NCBI GenBank assembly: GCA_963555815.3
Contig: CAUVWX020000001.1
Span: 1,184,001 to 1,248,000, forward strand
Reading direction: 5' to 3'
Source of the DNA: a bacterium
GTDB lineage: Bacteria > UBA8248 > JACPRG01 > G963555815
DNA length: 64,000 bases
Part shown: positions 60,461 through 64,000 of the stretch, in pieces
Numbering within the stretch: position 1 is the stretch's first letter
Layout of the letters: every line of letters starts with the position of its first letter
The notes under the pieces: model-generated
What the model saw: the letters and a program-made list of their open reading frames with translations, nothing else
Told to the model about the DNA's origin: nothing
Databases searched by the model: none
Translations under genes and position numbers: made by a program

Positions 60461-61723
60461 CTAGCCCCTCAGGTCTCCTAAGGGGGGGTACATTCCCTTT
60501 TCCCGGGGGACCTGGCCGACCAGCTCGTATTTCCCGTTCACCACTTTCTGGATATAGAAGTCCAAGAAGGCCTGATGGTCCTGGGCCCGGATGAGCTTGC
60601 CGCCGTGGGGGTACTGGGGGCCGGCCACGGTCTCGTGTCCCTGTGGGAACTCGATAATGTCCCGGCTGTCCTTCTTGCTCTTATATCCCATTTTCTCCAC
60701 GGCGTCCTTGATGAGGTACATGAGCTCCCACCCCAGGACGTTATGGGCGTGGCCGGAGGGGCGGTTACGCCGAAGGTCCGCTCCCTCTTCGTCCACACCG
60801 ACGGCCTTCCTCAAGGCCGCGTCATAGGGCCTCAGCTCCTCCGGCGCCTGGCTCAGTCGCTGGGGGAAAGGGGTGTAGAAGTAGGACCCCTCGAAAGGGG
60901 CGGGGTCCAGGCCTTCCACGCTGTCATAAGTCCCGATGAGCGTGAACTTTTCCAGGAGACCCATGTTCCCGGCCTGTTTGACGAAGGCGGCCGCGCTCGC
61001 GCTGAAGAAGGCGTGGAAGAGGACCTCAGTCTCCTTCTGATTGATCCGGCTGAGGTAGGGAATCACGTTGTCAGTTCCGACCGGCACCATGATCTTGTCA
61101 AGGGCTTCGCCGCCCAGGAGCTCGACCCGCTCGGCCCACCGGTTCACCTGGTCTTGTCCGAAGGCAAGGTCCACCCCCACCAGCGTCCAGCGCTTGCCCA
61201 GGTTTTCTAGCGCCCACTCCGAGGCGGAGTAGACCTCGTGGAGAACGCTCTGGACCAGGCGGAACACCCAGGGGTTTCCCTTTGCCCCGGTGATGGAAGT
61301 GGCAGCGCCGTTGGGAAAGCCCACAGTCTGCAGCTCCTGCAAGATGGGGTTGGTCGCCAGACAGATTCCGCTGTGGTGGGAGCCGAAGATGAAGTCCACC
61401 TTGTTCCGCTGGATGAGCTTTCGAGTCTTTCTCACACCGCTCGACGGCTTGGACTCTGTGTCCTCCACGATGAGAAGCACTTCGCGGCCCGCGATGCCGC
61501 CCGCTTCGTTGATGCGCCGAATGGCTGCCCGGGCCGATCTCCCGTTCCAAAAACCGAAGTCCGCCAAGGCGCCGGTGAGTTCAGCCGTCACCCCAATCTT
61601 GATGGGCGGGGCGGCGTGGGTGTAAGGCACGCGCACAAACTGAGCCGTCCCCAGCGCCGCTGCCGCGGCCCCGGACTTCTTCAGAAAATCCCGCCTCGTG
61701 AGTTTATTCGAGGGCCGGCTCAT
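60461..61723 (-). CDS. Tat-exported branched-chain-amino-acid-type ABC substrate-binding protein
   Basis: TRRDFLK, IKIG, INEAGGIAGR, EDTESKP. Confidence 0.88.
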   Translation of the reverse strand: MSRPSNKLTRRDFLKKSGAAAAALGTAQFVRVPYTHAAPPIKIGVTAELTGALADFGFWNGRSARAAIRRINEAGGIAGREVLLIVEDTESKPSSGVRKTRKLIQRNKVDFIFGSHHSGICLATNPILQELQTVGFPNGAATSITGAKGNPWVFRLVQSVLHEVYSASEWALENLGKRWTLVGVDLAFGQDQVNRWAERVELLGGEALDKIMVPVGTDNVIPYLSRINQKETEVLFHAFFSASAAAFVKQAGNMGLLEKFTLIGTYDSVEGLDPAPFEGSYFYTPFPQRLSQAPEELRPYDAALRKAVGVDEEGADLRRNRPSGHAHNVLGWELMYLIKDAVEKMGYKSKKDSRDIIEFPQGHETVAGPQYPHGGKLIRAQDHQAFLDFYIQKVVNGKYELVGQVPREKGMYPPLGDLRG

Positions 61724-61783
61724 GGCCGCTTTCTTCTCTTGGTGAGGGGGGGGCTTCTGGCCCATTTCGTTCGTGCCCGGTCT

Positions 61784-62506
61784 TTACAAGTGTTCGAAGT
61801 GGATTCTTGAATGTTCGTGGAATTCTTGGTTCTCCTTGAAGCGGGCTTGGTCGTAGCGCTCCCAGTGGACGATTTCCTCCAGGTCTTTCGCGTCCTTCTC
61901 GCCCACCACGGTCTTAGGGTAGCCGATGGGGGCCACGTTGGGGATCACATACGGCTCCGGGATGTCGAGGAGGTGCTTGATCTCCGTCTCCATATAAGGA
62001 GTTACCGATTGCCACATGGTCCCAAGGCCCAGGGCCGTGGCCGCCAGATGAATGCTCATCGTTGCGGCCGCGAGGCTCTCGATAAAGATCCAGTCACGAT
62101 GGTAGGCCAGCGGATAAGCCTCTTGGGTTCGGACATCGCCGCACACCACAATAAAAACCGGCGCCTGGGAACAGTAAGGCTTCCGGGGGTTCAGGTGACG
62201 ATATCCCACCGGACGAAACTCCTCTTGCGTGCGGTCGACATCGAGTCCGTGGGCAATGGCTTCGACCAGCTTCTTTCGCATTCCAGGCTCCTTGACCACG
62301 ATAAACTGCCAGGGCTGCTGATTGGCCCCGCACGGAGCCAACCGACCAGCCTCCAGGATCTGCTCGATGGCCCCATCAGGAACCGGGTCGGGTTTGTACC
62401 CGCGGACGGTCCGCCGCGCCTCCATGAGGCTGAGAAGCTCCCGGATTTTAACCGTTTCGGGTACCTTCCACTGTTGCATCCTTTTTTCTTTTTTTTCCGG
62501 GCCCAT
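61784..62506 (-). CDS. Nitroreductase family protein (start uncertain)
   Basis: RRTVRGY..DPVP, APCGANQQPWQFIVV, LAATALGLGT.W, PIGYP. Confidence 0.9.
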   Translation of the reverse strand: MGPEKKEKRMQQWKVPETVKIRELLSLMEARRTVRGYKPDPVPDGAIEQILEAGRLAPCGANQQPWQFIVVKEPGMRKKLVEAIAHGLDVDRTQEEFRPVGYRHLNPRKPYCSQAPVFIVVCGDVRTQEAYPLAYHRDWIFIESLAAATMSIHLAATALGLGTMWQSVTPYMETEIKHLLDIPEPYVIPNVAPIGYPKTVVGEKDAKDLEEIVHWERYDQARFKENQEFHEHSRIHFEHL

Positions 62507-62770
62507 TTTCCCTCCCCCCTTTTCTCTTGCGGGGATGTTCTCGGTTGGGATCAACCCCTATTCTGTAAAAGGAGAATTGCACCTCATCATAACCGAAACG
62601 GGGAGGGACCCAGCCCCAAATCGCCTCTGAGAGGCCGAATTTGCCCCGGCGGCCCCGCAGGGCCACCCAAATTTTGTTCGCCAGGGGGGTTTCGGAATCC
62701 TATCTTTTAGATTAAAATAATTGACATCTCAGGCCTCTGCCGCCGAAGGGTTCTCAGAGGAAGATAAAAT

Positions 62771-63796
62771 ATGGTGTGGGGAAGAAAGAAACCTTTTTCG
62801 AAATGGTTTTGCCTCCTTATCGGCCTCTCCCTGGTCACCTGGACCCTCGCTTCCTGGGACCCCCTGTTGGCGCGGGCCCAGGGGATTTCCATCATCAGCG
62901 AGGCCGCTGAGAAGCGGCTCGGCGCACGGGCGGACGTACAGATTCTTCAGCAGTTCGGCTTTTACGCGGACCCCTTCCTCCAGGACTACATCAACCAGGT
63001 CGGCCAGAGGATCGTTCGGGTCGCCGAGCGACGGAACGTTTCCTATCGATTCAAGGTTGTCGACGATCCCAGTGAGAATGCCTTCGCCCTTCCCGGGGGA
63101 TACGTCTATATCACCCGAGGAATGCTGGCGGCCCTCAACAGCGAGTCCCAGCTGGCTGGCGTGCTGGGTCACGAGATCGCCCATGTCACCCAGCGCCACG
63201 GGGCCCGCCGCATGACCGAGGCCCTCGGCTACCAGCTCCTCACTGCGGCCCTCGCCATAGGCGGGGCGGCGTCTGGCGTGGGAAATCCCGGCCAGTGGGC
63301 CATCTTAGGCCAATCCGTCTCCATGAACATCCTGCTGGGACACGGGCGGGAGTTTGAGTTCGAAGCCGACGAGAAGGGCCTGTTTTACGCCAGCAGGGCC
63401 GGCTACGACCCTCAGGAAGCGGGGAAATTTATGAGGCGACTTCGCCAGCTGGAACGCCTGCGGGGAGCTGGCTATCACGGTTTTGGCTCCACCCACCCCG
63501 AGACCACCCTGAGGATCCTCAAGATGGAAGAGATGTCGGGAAACCTCAAGGGAAAGGATCTCGAGATAGGCGAGGACCGCTATAAGGCCCAACTGACGGG
63601 TCTCATCTACGGGGATCGGGAGGACCGTCAGCGGATCCGCATCTACTCCGCCCGCCCTGGGGACACCCTCGCCTCCATCTCCGCAGAGGTCCTCGACAAC
63701 CCCCACCGGGCTCTCGACCTCGCCCTCCTAAACGGGATCGACGAGGAGAGCTCGCTGCGGCCCGGCCAGAAGATCAAGATTATCATCGACAAGTAA
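62771..63796 (+). CDS. M48 metalloprotease with C-terminal LysM
   Basis: NAFALPGG, HEIAH, EFEAD, STHP, PGDTL..I...LRPGQKIKI. Confidence 0.9.
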   Translation: MVWGRKKPFSKWFCLLIGLSLVTWTLASWDPLLARAQGISIISEAAEKRLGARADVQILQQFGFYADPFLQDYINQVGQRIVRVAERRNVSYRFKVVDDPSENAFALPGGYVYITRGMLAALNSESQLAGVLGHEIAHVTQRHGARRMTEALGYQLLTAALAIGGAASGVGNPGQWAILGQSVSMNILLGHGREFEFEADEKGLFYASRAGYDPQEAGKFMRRLRQLERLRGAGYHGFGSTHPETTLRILKMEEMSGNLKGKDLEIGEDRYKAQLTGLIYGDREDRQRIRIYSARPGDTLASISAEVLDNPHRALDLALLNGIDEESSLRPGQKIKIIIDK

Positions 63797-63829
63797 AACC
63801 CCGCCTTCGGGCACCTTCTTCTTGACCGG

Positions 63830-64000
63830 CTAGCCTACGTCGACCAAGTGGAGGGTCTCTCCCCATTGCTGGTTGACCCACGACCTGAGGTTCTCGTGAG
63901 TGGGCTGCCTGAGGTCTGGGTCCTCCTCGACAAGACGAAAGGCCTCCTGTCGGGCTGCGGCAAGGAGGGGAGCGTGGCGAAGGAGGTGGGCCAAGCGAAG
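63830..64000 (-). CDS. recG: C-terminus of ATP-dependent DNA helicase RecG (partial)
   Basis: LRLAHLLRHAPLLAAARQEAFRLVEEDPDL...WGETLHLVDVG* resembles the RecG tail. Confidence 0.7.
   Translation of the reverse strand, partial: LRLAHLLRHAPLLAAARQEAFRLVEEDPDLRQPTHENLRSWVNQQWGETLHLVDVG

Noticed and set aside
1..64000. Many long antisense or overlapping ORFs (e.g. 9883-11253, 14595-15872, 35979-37106, 47024-48076)
   Set aside because: Shadows of well-supported genes in GC-rich DNA, with no motifs of their own
1..64000. CRISPR arrays, tRNA/rRNA, transposases, integrases, defence systems
   Set aside because: No regular repeat-spacer pattern, cloverleaf or diagnostic motifs seen

Overview
GC-rich bacterial chromosomal window, mostly core metabolism. 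Genes lie mainly on + up to ~29 kb and mainly on - after that. Contents in order: mscS (partial); frdABCD-sucCD; lysA-dapF-dapA-ctpA-dapB; a dif-like site; a frameshifted nucleotidyltransferase; dapL-folK-dNK-panC; a UvrD-like helicase with trkAH; a split MetE pair; a GAF protein plus a sigma54 activator lacking a regulatory domain; MltD/LysM; rplU-rpmA-obg-proBA-nadD-rsfS-dksA; trpFBA; trxA; a ferritin-like gene; a 14-CxxCH multiheme cytochrome heading a variant Ccm operon (CxxxY CcmE, two CcmI-like accessory genes, Rex-like operator); ilvC; GH15; a sigma54-promoted orphan Flp pilin pair followed by a GAF/PAS kinase and two duplicated receivers; a Tat-exported binding protein; a nitroreductase; an M48-LysM peptidase; and the recG 3' end. 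Four genes carry internal frameshifts or stops, most likely consensus errors. No tRNA, rRNA, CRISPR or transposase was recognised. All calls come from motif recognition by eye; no searches were run.
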